From a virus, in IMG/VR virus record IMGVR_UViG_3300042562_001046, positions 2,776-66,775 of that record: a DNA stretch of 64,000 nt; one strand, given 5' to 3'. Made by a program: the position numbers and the translations under genes. Positions 20,132 through 29,069 of the stretch are shown piece after piece; position 1 is the stretch's first letter; each line of letters begins with the position of its first letter. Under the pieces are notes generated by a model that saw only the letters and a program-made list of their open reading frames with translations, had not been told where the DNA came from and searched no databases.

Positions 20132-20581
20132 TTAGAGCCGCGTGCGCGTGCCGGTGTTGAATGCAGTGCGGCTGGCGGCGTGCATCAATGCAAACGCCGT
20201 GATACCGCCGATCTGCGCTTGATTCCCGACTGTGGTAACGGTGCCGACAGTGGTAACAGTTCCAATAGTGCCCACAGTGGCGGTGACAGCGCCGCCGATG
20301 ATGTTGTTCACATCGACGGACAAGCGGTTGGAGCCCGCGCCGGTGATGACACTCAGGGGCTGGACACGGGCGATCAGGAGTTTGAGCAGCGAGACCAGCG
20401 CGTCGTCCACCACGGGCAGTGGGGCGTCGGGGGTGGCGTCCTGCAGGCTGCCGTCTGGACCGTAGCCGACCTTGACGCGCTGCACCTTGAGGCCCGCAGG
20501 GGCGACCGCGCCGTTGACCAGCGTCAGCTCATCGGTGGCGATCAGGTCGCCCGCGCCAGGCAGCGTGGTGTTGTCTGCCAT
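20132..20581 (-). CDS. Virion protein (fibre-associated)
   Basis: MADN...KVQRVKVGYG N-terminus and a TVGTVTTV repeat. Confidence 0.65.
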   Translation of the reverse strand: MADNTTLPGAGDLIATDELTLVNGAVAPAGLKVQRVKVGYGPDGSLQDATPDAPLPVVDDALVSLLKLLIARVQPLSVITGAGSNRLSVDVNNIIGGAVTATVGTIGTVTTVGTVTTVGNQAQIGGITAFALMHAASRTAFNTGTRTRL

Positions 20582-20584
20582 GGC

Positions 20585-20992
20585 TTAGGCGCCGGGGGCG
20601 GTCTTGCTGAAACCCGTGACCTGCACCGTCTGGCCGCTGGTGAAGGTGGTGTTGTCGATCGTCATGTCGCCGCCGCCGGCGCTCAGCGTCACCGAGCCCT
20701 GCTCGTGGCACGTGGTTCCGGCGTTGTCGACAAAGCGGTAGTAGCCCGCCGTGCCGCCGACGAGGGCCGTCGTTGACAGGGGCAGGCTGCTCAGCGCCTT
20801 GCTGCCGGCCGATGCGGCTGCAGCCCAGTCGGAAGCCAACGCGTACTCAGCCAGCTTCGTGCCCGACGCCGCCGTGGCGCAGTTGGCTGGCTGGATGCCA
20901 GAGTACAGCTGGAGCTTGGCGCTCACACCCATGGCGGTCTCGATGGCGTCGAGCATGCCGTTACGCACGCTTGCGGAAAATTGAATGGTCAT
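20585..20992 (-). CDS. Small virion protein, paralog family
   Basis: RNGMLDAI...LYSGIQPANC...GTAGYYR. Confidence 0.75.
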   Translation of the reverse strand: MTIQFSASVRNGMLDAIETAMGVSAKLQLYSGIQPANCATAASGTKLAEYALASDWAAAASAGSKALSSLPLSTTALVGGTAGYYRFVDNAGTTCHEQGSVTLSAGGGDMTIDNTTFTSGQTVQVTGFSKTAPGA

Positions 20993-21003
20993 GGTGGTTC
21001 CTG

Positions 21004-21642
21004 TTAAATGCCGCCGTACGCCACCGCACCAGCGGTGTGCATGGCCCGGCTCTGCTCGACTTTGGCGGCTGCGCAGTACGCCGCGTGCGTACCCCTGAAC
21101 TTCTCGGAGGCGTCCTTGTCATGCGTTTCCGCGTCCTGTACGCTGTAGGCGCGGTGCTTGACCCAGTTCAATAGATGGACATGGTGCCGGGGCGAGATCT
21201 CCAAGTCGTCGCCCGCCTCGACGTCCGCCGGCAGCCGGAATGTCCGCAGCTCGGCGCTCAGCGCCTCGTTCGGCACCGGCCAGGCCCGCAGGACGTTCTC
21301 TTCCAGGCCAGACACGAGGGCGCGGATCGGGCCGCGTGCTCCGTCAAAGCGCATGCCCTCGGAGGCCATTTTCTCGATCGGGACCACGGGGATGTCGTAG
21401 CCCGTGGAGGTATTCAGCACGTCGCGCAGCTTGAGGATGCGGGGGTCCAGGGTGTACCAGCTCACCTCCGGCGCGATCGTCAGCGTGAAGCTGCGGGCAT
21501 CGGCGATGCCATAGGTGTCACGGCAGAACTGCTTTTGTGCGTCGTCGATGTACCCGTAGACCGACTCGTCGGCCCAGAGGTACGGCTCGGTGAGGTCAAA
21601 GACCTCGGCCCGAAACACAGCCAGCAGTTCTGTGGTGTTCAT
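21004..21642 (-). CDS. Head-tail adaptor protein
   Basis: D...PYLW.D......IDDAQKQFCR pattern, two genes after the capsid decoration gene. Confidence 0.7.
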   Translation of the reverse strand: MNTTELLAVFRAEVFDLTEPYLWADESVYGYIDDAQKQFCRDTYGIADARSFTLTIAPEVSWYTLDPRILKLRDVLNTSTGYDIPVVPIEKMASEGMRFDGARGPIRALVSGLEENVLRAWPVPNEALSAELRTFRLPADVEAGDDLEISPRHHVHLLNWVKHRAYSVQDAETHDKDASEKFRGTHAAYCAAAKVEQSRAMHTAGAVAYGGI

Positions 21643-22013
21643 GCGCCGGCTTTGGCCAGAGTGAACTTGGCCCAGGCGGCGTCGCGCTCTTTACCGCTCA
21701 GACCGGACCAGCCGAGTTCCTTCGTCAGCACCGCGCTGTGGGGGACGCCGACGGCGGTGAACTCCTCGCGCCGTCCGCGCAGCGAGATCTTCTCGAAGGC
21801 AGCAAACAGGGCGGCCTCGCGCTCAGCTGGGATGGTGGGCTCGACCGGGCCGTCGACGACGACTTCGGGAATATCTTCGGCCGGCACGATGCCGACGGCG
21901 ATCAGCTCGGCGTGCATCTGGGGCGGGGCGTAGGTGGGCTTGCCCTTCTCAAACTCGACCGAGCGGCCAGAGACGGAGGCCACGGTCATCTTGCGGGGTG
22001 CGATGTATTCCAT
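21639..22013 (-). CDS. Hypothetical virion-associated protein
   Basis: Start moved to MEYIAPRK; overlaps the next gene by ATGA. Confidence 0.6.
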   Translation of the reverse strand: MEYIAPRKMTVASVSGRSVEFEKGKPTYAPPQMHAELIAVGIVPAEDIPEVVVDGPVEPTIPAEREAALFAAFEKISLRGRREEFTAVGVPHSAVLTKELGWSGLSGKERDAAWAKFTLAKAGA

Positions 22014-22087
22014 GATGGTGCGTTTGGGTTGTGGGTTGAAAGGGATGGGGGCGAGGCCTTGTGAGCCCCGCCCTCCGTGATCCACAG

Positions 22088-22591
22088 TTACGTGATCACG
22101 ACTTCACTGGTGCGGCCATCCAGCGTGTACTCGACCCGCACACGGACCTTGCCGGCGGTGGCGTTGGCCACCGTGTAAGCGAGGGTCATGCGCAGGTTCT
22201 GGCCGGCGTTGCACAGCAACGGGGCGGTCAGCGCCAGAGCGGCACGGGTGCCGGCCGTGGCCATCACGCTGGTCGTGGCGATCAGCGCAGTGGTTGAGCC
22301 AGAGATGCCCACCGACAGCGTCGCAGCCGTGGGGCCGGCAAACGCTGTCTCGGTAATCACCTCACCGCCGATGATCACGGCGCCCTGGGGCATCGGGATG
22401 CAGTCGAACACCAGGCCGGTGTTAGCCACTGGGCCGGTCAGGCCGGACTCCAGCGGGTCAGTCGAGTTCGCCAAGGTCGACCCGAGGGTCTTCTTGGAGC
22501 CGTCGACCGCGTCGATCACCCACTCGTTGTGGGAGAAGACGAACTCAGCGTACAGGGGGTACTGGACAGTACGGGTTGCGAGCTTTTTCAT
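22088..22591 (-). CDS. Capsid decoration/minor capsid protein
   Basis: Directly downstream of the MCP; contains P.GAVIIGG.V....AF...ATAGKVRVRVEY. Confidence 0.65.
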   Translation of the reverse strand: MKKLATRTVQYPLYAEFVFSHNEWVIDAVDGSKKTLGSTLANSTDPLESGLTGPVANTGLVFDCIPMPQGAVIIGGEVITETAFAGPTAATLSVGISGSTTALIATTSVMATAGTRAALALTAPLLCNAGQNLRMTLAYTVANATAGKVRVRVEYTLDGRTSEVVIT

Positions 22592-22603
22592 GCTGGTTCC
22601 TCC

Positions 22604-23725
22604 TTATTGGGCGACGTAGCACGAGATCACACCGAAGTCTTCGACTGCGTTGCTCTCGTAGATGTTGCCGAATTTCGGTTTCAGGAAGCCCAGGATCTTG
22701 CCGATGGCAATCGCCTGCGAATTCTTGAAGTCGAAGTCTTCCTCGTTCCATTCCGGGGCGCCGAGGTCGGCCATACCGAGGGCTTGCGCACCGCAGAACA
22801 GGACCTGGCAGCCGTCGACCGTGCCACCCGAGCCGTACTTGCCGCTGGCCAGGCCAGAGGTGTTGGGCACGTGACGGAACTCGTGCAGGTAGATGCCGTC
22901 GATCTTGACGGTGTCGCCTGAGAAGAGCTTGTCGTTGACGCCGGAGTTCTGGCTGTAGCGCAGATTGGCGTTGTAGTCAGGGTCTTGCTTCAGCTTGGCC
23001 ATCGCCTGGGGCGTCAGAAACGCGTGGAACGTCTCCTGGCCGCCGTCGCCGCCGGTGCCGCGGATGTAGCGGTCTTTGGCGTAGGCTTTGAGCTGCACAA
23101 ACATCTTCCAGCCTGGGAAGTCAGCTGCGGTTACGGCAGCGGAAGTGTTCGAACCGGTCAGGCTCGACTTCAGCACGCCGGAGGTGGCGTCCCAGCGGGT
23201 TGTCCGACGGGTCGAAGGCGCGGTCACGTCAGCAGCGAACTCCAGGTACTGGAGGTCAGAGCCGACACGGGTGGCGCCGTTGGGCTTGTACTGGTAGCCG
23301 ATGCCAGCCAGCGTCTGAAACGCCATCTGGTCAATACGGTCAGCCAGCCAGTAGCTCAGCACGTTCTTGGAGTTGTCACGGAACCCGACGATCGACTTCT
23401 GGTCGGCCATCTTGCCCTCGTGGCGGTTGGCGTGGCGCAGCTGGTCGATGCGGATGACCTGCTCAAAGGTCTGCATGCCCTCTTCGTTGCCCACCAGTGT
23501 GCGGTCACCCGCCACACCGTCGCCCTGCAGGTCGGCCAGCAGGGTAATCACCGCACGGGCGCCCTTTTCAGACGACTTGAGATCGGTGATGTGCTGGATC
23601 ATCGAGCTGGTGCCCGAACCCAGAAACTTGTTGATGAAAGACTGATTGCGGGCGTTTTTCCACAAGTCCATAGACCAGACGGTCTTCTGCTCGTTAGTCA
23701 ACAGCCCAAAGTTGGTTAATGCCAT
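22604..23725 (-). CDS. Major capsid protein (N4-gp56/DUF4043 type)
   Basis: 373 aa with DLQGDGVAGDRTLVGNEE, IRIDQLRHA and LFCGAQALGMAD motifs; AAGGAG RBS. Confidence 0.9.
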   Translation of the reverse strand: MALTNFGLLTNEQKTVWSMDLWKNARNQSFINKFLGSGTSSMIQHITDLKSSEKGARAVITLLADLQGDGVAGDRTLVGNEEGMQTFEQVIRIDQLRHANRHEGKMADQKSIVGFRDNSKNVLSYWLADRIDQMAFQTLAGIGYQYKPNGATRVGSDLQYLEFAADVTAPSTRRTTRWDATSGVLKSSLTGSNTSAAVTAADFPGWKMFVQLKAYAKDRYIRGTGGDGGQETFHAFLTPQAMAKLKQDPDYNANLRYSQNSGVNDKLFSGDTVKIDGIYLHEFRHVPNTSGLASGKYGSGGTVDGCQVLFCGAQALGMADLGAPEWNEEDFDFKNSQAIAIGKILGFLKPKFGNIYESNAVEDFGVISCYVAQ

Positions 23726-23735
23726 GAGGCACTCC

Positions 23736-23755
23736 TTCTAAGTTCGATAAAAGAT
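23736..23755 (-). promoter_or_regulatory. 20-bp dispersed motif copy at the MCP RBS (ATCTTTTATCGAACTTAGAA)
   Basis: Its 3' end runs directly into the AAGGAG Shine-Dalgarno sequence. Confidence 0.6.
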
Positions 23756-23846
23756 TTAGACCTTTTGCCGAATGTCGCTTCGCGCCAGCGTTGACTGGAG
23801 GTGCTTTCGTGACCTACCTTGAACCGATGTGCGGAATATACCGCAT

Positions 23847-23866
23847 TTCTAACTTAGATGTTAGAT
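23847..23866 (-). promoter_or_regulatory. 20-bp dispersed motif copy (ATCTAACATCTAAGTTAGAA)
   Basis: Perfect consensus match. Overlaps the endolysin stop and is followed by a TATATT -10-like hexamer. Confidence 0.8.
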
Positions 23867-24307
23867 AAGAGCCGCCTCAGCTTCACGCCGAATCGTCAGG
23901 CCGCGCAGGACGCGACCGCCGGCTCTGTTCCACTTGCGCAGCTCACCCGGGACGGAACCCCAGTCACCGGCGTTCACGCGCTTGCGCAGCGTGCTGCCCT
24001 TGAGGGCGGAGCCGCCCAAGTTGTACGCAAAGTCGATCAGCGCAGCCAGCCGGTCGGGGTGGTCCAGCCCGGGGCACAGCCGCAGCACCTGGGGCAGGTA
24101 GACCCGTTTGACCATGTAGAGCAGCAAGGCTTCAGCCCTCTCGCGACTGATCTGAGCGTCAAGCAGGGTCACCAGAGTGCCGTCTTCGTAGTAGGTGCTG
24201 CCGAACCCAATGGTCGGTACCCCAGCCGGGCACAAGTAGGGCTTAGGAAAAAAGCCCTCGAACCGGCGCATCAGCGCCAGTGCCACGCGCAGGGCCAGCT
24301 CGATCAC
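23861..24307 (-). CDS. Endolysin, GH24 (T4-lysozyme-like) muramidase
   Basis: FEG...YLCPAGVPTIGFG gives the E-X8-C-X5-T triad; also FAYNLG, W...GG.VLRGL..RR..E. Confidence 0.92.
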   Translation of the reverse strand: MIELALRVALALMRRFEGFFPKPYLCPAGVPTIGFGSTYYEDGTLVTLLDAQISRERAEALLLYMVKRVYLPQVLRLCPGLDHPDRLAALIDFAYNLGGSALKGSTLRKRVNAGDWGSVPGELRKWNRAGGRVLRGLTIRREAEAALI

Positions 24308-24768
24308 TTGCCGCGCTTCGAGAGGTTACGGTCGGCCAAGTAGATGCCCAGCGCCGCGCTTGCAACTGCGGCAGCGAACTCGGACAAGACGATGAACCTG
24401 AACTCCGACAGGCTGATCATGACGAGCGCCCATGTCGCCACACCCGGACGGATGGTGGCGTTCCAAGCATCGACCCAGGCGATGCCGATGGCCTTGGTGG
24501 TGCCTTTCACGGCCTCAACCCAGCCCTGCGCCTCAAGCTCGCTGATCGCCGCTTCGGCCTGCACCTGTATCGTTTTGACACCCAGCTCGGCCTGCACGCG
24601 GATTGACTCCATGTTGCGCTCGTGCTGGCCCCGGTCCAGCTCGGCCTGAAGGTGCATGCGGTCCAGCTCGTGTTTGTGGTCCTGCTGTTTGGTGAGCCAA
24701 GCAGACAACTCACCCCACAGCATCCGAAAAACAGAGCCCCCAAAGAAGGAGATGAGTGCGGTGATCAT
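24304..24768 (-). CDS. Holin-like membrane protein
   Basis: N-terminal hydrophobic segment, coiled coil, IRP motif, two C-terminal TM helices and a basic tail; next to the endolysin. Confidence 0.65.
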   Translation of the reverse strand: MITALISFFGGSVFRMLWGELSAWLTKQQDHKHELDRMHLQAELDRGQHERNMESIRVQAELGVKTIQVQAEAAISELEAQGWVEAVKGTTKAIGIAWVDAWNATIRPGVATWALVMISLSEFRFIVLSEFAAAVASAALGIYLADRNLSKRGK

Positions 24769-25019
24769 TTTTTGATGTACTGAACGAGTGAAAACAAGAT
24801 CGCTGCAGCCGCCCACACCCCGATCCCCCGATTGACCCACTGGTCCACCTTGCGGTCGACCCGGAGCAGCGTCACCTCATACGCGGCAGCCTTCATCTCC
24901 ACGGCGCCGATCCTCTCGCCCTGAGTGGCCTGCCGCTCCTCGAAGAGGATCAGCTTGCCCACGGCGTCGGTTAGTTTGTCGACCTTAGTCTCGAGGCGTT
25001 TGAAATCGTCGTCAGTCAT
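24765..25019 (-). CDS. Coiled-coil plus TM lysis-associated protein (holin/antiholin-like)
   Basis: RLETKVDKL coiled coil and a C-terminal TM helix followed by KK. Confidence 0.55.
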   Translation of the reverse strand: MTDDDFKRLETKVDKLTDAVGKLILFEERQATQGERIGAVEMKAAAYEVTLLRVDRKVDQWVNRGIGVWAAAAILFSLVQYIKK

Positions 25020-25064
25020 GGTCGTTCTCGGCGGGTGGTTTGGGGGTTTAGGGTGGTTTTGTGG

Positions 25065-26039
25065 CTACAGCTCGTCGCCGCGCATCTTTGCCAGCTGGCT
25101 GTCACTCAACTGGGCAAATTCTTTCTGGCTCATGCGCATCACAGCAGCCGCGCTTTCTGCGCCGCCGCCTAGCTTGTCGCTGTCCAGGCCGACGCGGGAG
25201 AGCGACGGAGGGGTACTGCCTACGGCCTTGACGACCTTACCGACCGCGTCCTTCTTGCGCTCAGCAGCCACCTCTTTGTCACTGACGCGAGGCGCAGCGT
25301 TGGTGGCCATCTCCTGGCGCGTGGTGCGGGGCTCGACGATCAGCTTGACCGCCTTCTGCAGCGCAGCGGTCGGTGTCAGGCCCTTCATCTCGTAGGCAGA
25401 CTTCAGATCAGCCACTTCCGCCATGGCCTCCTCGTCGTAATCGTCGTGGTCTGGGTTCAGCGTCGGAAACGCCGTCTCGACCCGCTCCAGGGCCGTGTTG
25501 TACCGAGCCCGCTCTGTGGCCCGGATCTCAGCGGCGTGGATCTTCATGTCGCTCTTCGACTCAGCCATGTCCCGCTCAGCTTTGCGGATCTTGGCCATCG
25601 TGGCGGTGGCTTTGTCGATCTCGCCGTCGCTCAGCTGGGTGGCGTAGTCTTTCTCCAAGGCCATCACGCTGTTCTCCAGCGCGGTGATCTCCTCGTTCAC
25701 GTTGGCGATCTGGTTGCCCTGCTGGTACTGGGCCAGCTGGCGCTCCAGAGAGGCCCGCTGCTCGCGCTCCTTCTCCAGGATCTCCTTGTGCCGAGCCAAC
25801 GGGATGCGGGAGTCCTTCTGCTTGGGGTTGTCCGTCTTGTCGGCCTTGGCGTCCAGCTCAGCGTCCAGCTCCTGGACCTTCGGGTCCTTGGCAACTTCCT
25901 CTGCGACCTTGGCGTCAGGCTGGTCCGGGTCGAGGTCCTGGTCATCGGGCAGCAGGTCGCCGCGATCGGCAGCGGATGGGCCAGAGCCGGACTCACCGGG
26001 CTCTGGGTCGTACAGGCGGAAGAATTTCTGGATCAACAT
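25065..26039 (-). CDS. Capsid scaffolding protein
   Basis: Acidic N-terminus, IPLARH, helical body, C-terminal MSQKEF.QL...AKMRGD; lies between portal and MCP. Confidence 0.8.
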   Translation of the reverse strand: MLIQKFFRLYDPEPGESGSGPSAADRGDLLPDDQDLDPDQPDAKVAEEVAKDPKVQELDAELDAKADKTDNPKQKDSRIPLARHKEILEKEREQRASLERQLAQYQQGNQIANVNEEITALENSVMALEKDYATQLSDGEIDKATATMAKIRKAERDMAESKSDMKIHAAEIRATERARYNTALERVETAFPTLNPDHDDYDEEAMAEVADLKSAYEMKGLTPTAALQKAVKLIVEPRTTRQEMATNAAPRVSDKEVAAERKKDAVGKVVKAVGSTPPSLSRVGLDSDKLGGGAESAAAVMRMSQKEFAQLSDSQLAKMRGDEL

Positions 26040-26063
26040 AGTGCGGGCTTTCGGGTGGGTGGG

Positions 26064-26417
26064 TTAGAGGTAGCGCAGCGCGTGGACCACGCCGCGGAAG
26101 ATGTAGTCCTTGGCCTGCTGCTCGCGGGGCAAGTCGGCGAAGGGCACCAGGCAGGGGTGTTCTTTCGCTACGGGGTCCTTCACCGGGCCGTAGTACCAGC
26201 CCTCATCCAGCTTCTGCTGCATCCAGGCGGTGTGGCTGGCCTCGGGACCGAAGTCGCCCGAGATGTGCAGGTACACGCCCGAGCGGGCCGACGAGCGCTG
26301 CCACTCCGGGGCGTCCGCCCAGGCCGGCTGGGAGGTGTCGCCCAGGGCTTCACAGTAAGCCCGGTTCACCTCGTGGCAGATGCGGGCGACTTCGTCAAGC
26401 GGGTGGGGGGCGCTCAT
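26064..26417 (-). CDS. RyR-domain protein
   Basis: ARICHEVNRAYC...SHTAW...K..EGW.YGPVKD...KEHPCLVPF..LP..QQAKD. Confidence 0.85.
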   Translation of the reverse strand: MSAPHPLDEVARICHEVNRAYCEALGDTSQPAWADAPEWQRSSARSGVYLHISGDFGPEASHTAWMQQKLDEGWYYGPVKDPVAKEHPCLVPFADLPREQQAKDYIFRGVVHALRYL

Positions 26418-26833
26418 GCGGCCACCTCGGCCAGCTCGGCCAACCGGCTGCGCAGCTCGTAGCCCATCAGCGGCCAGATCTTCTGCACGGCGTTGGCGCG
26501 GGCGATGCTGCGGCCAATATCGGCGTCGAAGTTCTCGGGGCTGGCGCAGGCTGATTCACCTGTGACGGTGAAGCCGTTTTTCAAGACCAGCACGCAGAAG
26601 GTCAGCAGGCACAGAGGCAGCGGGACTTCGATGCCGTAAGCGCCGCGTAGGTCTGCCCCGTTTTCAGTCAGCATGGCCGAGCCACGCGCCCCGTTCTCAG
26701 CCGTGAAATAGTGCTCGCTGGCAATGTTGCCGTCGATGTCCGCCGGCGTGATGCGCGGGGCGGTCAGGCCCTTGGCCTGGATCTGCTGCTCGATGCCGGG
26801 GTCGTCAGTGCGTGGGGAGGGGATGTTGTGCAT
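26414..26833 (-). CDS. N4 Gp49/Sf6 gp66 family protein
   Basis: APRITP...LTFCVLVLKNGFTVTGESACASPENFDADIGRSIA...KIWPLMGY. Confidence 0.88.
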   Translation of the reverse strand: MHNIPSPRTDDPGIEQQIQAKGLTAPRITPADIDGNIASEHYFTAENGARGSAMLTENGADLRGAYGIEVPLPLCLLTFCVLVLKNGFTVTGESACASPENFDADIGRSIARANAVQKIWPLMGYELRSRLAELAEVAA

Positions 26834-26839
26834 GGTGGG

Positions 26840-29062
26840 TTAGGCTTTTGAGGTTGGGAGACGGGATCTGTTGGCGGTGCGCCGGGTGGTGGGCGGCTTG
26901 GCAGCGGCTGTGGCAGCGTCCTGCACGGCCTTGACGCGGGCGTCCATGCGCTTCTGGGCCATGTCCTGCTCCTTGAGCTGCAGCTCAGCGCCCATCTGCT
27001 CGCGCTTGAGCTGGTGCTCGCGCTCGGCCAGGCTCATCTTCTGCTGGGCCGTGCGCTCGTCCAGGCCGGCCTTCTGATCGGCGGCCTGGGCCTTGACCTG
27101 GACCTCTGCCATCTTGGCCTGGGCCGAGCCGTCGTCGGGCTCGCCCTGCTGCATGACCTGGGTCTTGGCGACGGTCTCCTGCGTCTTGGCTCCCTTGAGC
27201 TGGGCGTCTGCGCCCTTCTGCTGGGCTTCTGCCTCTGACTTGGCAACCTCGGCGTTCTGGGCCCGCTGCTGCAGCTCCTTGGCAGCCACCGCCTCCGGGC
27301 TGGTCTGGTCGCCGGCCATCTGTTTGATGATGTCCTTCTTGTTCGTCAGGCGGCTGGCGTCGATGATCACGCTGTCGGGCAGCATGATGCCGGCCTCGCG
27401 CATCGCCATGACCTGCTCGAACTGGCTGTCTTCGAGCGTCTCGCGGCGCGGCACCGAGCTGACGACGACGTCGTACTCGCCCAGCGTCAGGTCGTTCAGG
27501 ATCTCCTGGTACGGGCTCTCCGGCGGCTCTTCGCCGGTCTCGGCCTCGGGGTTCATCTGGTTGATACCGAACGTCTCCGTCTCACCGGTGGCCTGATCGT
27601 GGGTGATCGTCATCAGGCGCTCTTCGGTGTAGAACTCCTGCACCAGGTCAAGAATGTTCCGTGCCAGGATGAAGTCTGTGCGGGTCAGGTTGTCCAGCGG
27701 CTTGACCAGATTCGTGCTGCCGGCCTTCTGCTTGGCCTGAATCGCCTTGGCGGCGACGTCGGCCCGGTCCATGCCCTGCATGCTGTCGCTGATGCCCGAA
27801 ATTGTCTTGATCGACTCCTCAGCCTTGTAGCTGATGCGGTCCAGGCCCTGGGGGACCTGGTTCGGGGCAATCTTCTGGATGTCTTTGTCGGGGTCACCGT
27901 TGACCTCGATCACGAGGCCGGTCTGGGCGCCCTTCGCCTCCAGCTCGGCGACGGTCATGTTCGCCAGCGCCCCGGCTTTGACCTTGTAGCCCGAATTCGC
28001 CGTGGTGTTCACCACGTGCAGCTCCTGGCTGGTGACTTTGTTCAGCAGCTCCTGCGGGCCGAGCAAGTTCTCAACCAGGCCCAGCGTATGGCCGTAGCGG
28101 AAGTGTGGGAAGTACGGCACGATCGTGAAGTGCTTGTACGGGCTCCACTTGTCGTGCAGGATGACGTTGTCGGCCAGGGCGACCCAGCGGATGCGCCGCA
28201 CCAGCTTGGGCACGATCTGAAAACCGTACTTCTCGACGAAGAACGCAATCCGGTTGCGGTCAAAGTCCTGCGGAACCTCGCGCATGTCGCCCGTGGCCGG
28301 GCTGAGGAAGAACTTCTGCCGGTCCAGCTCGCGGAACTGGCGCTCAATGACGCGGATGTTGCGCAGGACGTTCGAGTTGTCGGCGCCATTGTTGTAGGTG
28401 GCGGTACGGGCGTCACCGAACCGGTCCCGGTTCATCTGGATGCTGTCGTAGCCGTAGGGGAAGCTGGCGTTGTCCCGGTTGCGCAGCAGCTCGGCGTCTT
28501 CGGGGGTGTACAGCACCGCGAGGTCGTCGGCGGTGACCCACTTCGTGGTGAACACCTCGCCCCACTTGTCTGGATCGTACTCGTCAGCGTCGGAGTCGAT
28601 CAGGACGTTCTTGCGGTTCATGTTCTCAATGGACACCTCGCCCTGCGCGGAGTCGTTCATGCTCAGGCGCACGTCCAAGAACCCACGCGAGCTGATGATG
28701 CCATCGGCGAACATGTCCGAGCGCTTCCAGTCCAGCTGGTTGTTGTCGCTGATCTGCTTGAACACCTTCGTCAGGATCTCGGCGTTCTCGGCCGGTGCGC
28801 CGCTGCGCGGGCGGAAGCTGATCTCCGAGCGGTTGTTGATCTGCTCACCCAGCACGTTGCTGACGGTGGCCAGGATCTTGTTGATCGTCAGCACCGGGCG
28901 GCGGTTCTTCTCCAGCGCGGCGCGGTCATTGGCGGCCCACTGGTCGCCGGCGAAGAAGCGCTCGCACTTGTCGGCCTTCTCCACGTACTTCGTGTGCCCG
29001 TTGTCCCTCACCCAGGCGTAGCGTTGCCACTGTTTGTAAGCGAGTTCAGAGTTGACGGGCAT
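26840..29062 (-). CDS. Portal protein (P22-like)
   Basis: FFAGDQW...RPVLTINKI and PQELLNK motifs, long C-terminal coiled-coil barrel, downstream of TerL. Confidence 0.9.
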   Translation of the reverse strand: MPVNSELAYKQWQRYAWVRDNGHTKYVEKADKCERFFAGDQWAANDRAALEKNRRPVLTINKILATVSNVLGEQINNRSEISFRPRSGAPAENAEILTKVFKQISDNNQLDWKRSDMFADGIISSRGFLDVRLSMNDSAQGEVSIENMNRKNVLIDSDADEYDPDKWGEVFTTKWVTADDLAVLYTPEDAELLRNRDNASFPYGYDSIQMNRDRFGDARTATYNNGADNSNVLRNIRVIERQFRELDRQKFFLSPATGDMREVPQDFDRNRIAFFVEKYGFQIVPKLVRRIRWVALADNVILHDKWSPYKHFTIVPYFPHFRYGHTLGLVENLLGPQELLNKVTSQELHVVNTTANSGYKVKAGALANMTVAELEAKGAQTGLVIEVNGDPDKDIQKIAPNQVPQGLDRISYKAEESIKTISGISDSMQGMDRADVAAKAIQAKQKAGSTNLVKPLDNLTRTDFILARNILDLVQEFYTEERLMTITHDQATGETETFGINQMNPEAETGEEPPESPYQEILNDLTLGEYDVVVSSVPRRETLEDSQFEQVMAMREAGIMLPDSVIIDASRLTNKKDIIKQMAGDQTSPEAVAAKELQQRAQNAEVAKSEAEAQQKGADAQLKGAKTQETVAKTQVMQQGEPDDGSAQAKMAEVQVKAQAADQKAGLDERTAQQKMSLAEREHQLKREQMGAELQLKEQDMAQKRMDARVKAVQDAATAAAKPPTTRRTANRSRLPTSKA

Positions 29063-29069
29063 GGCGACC

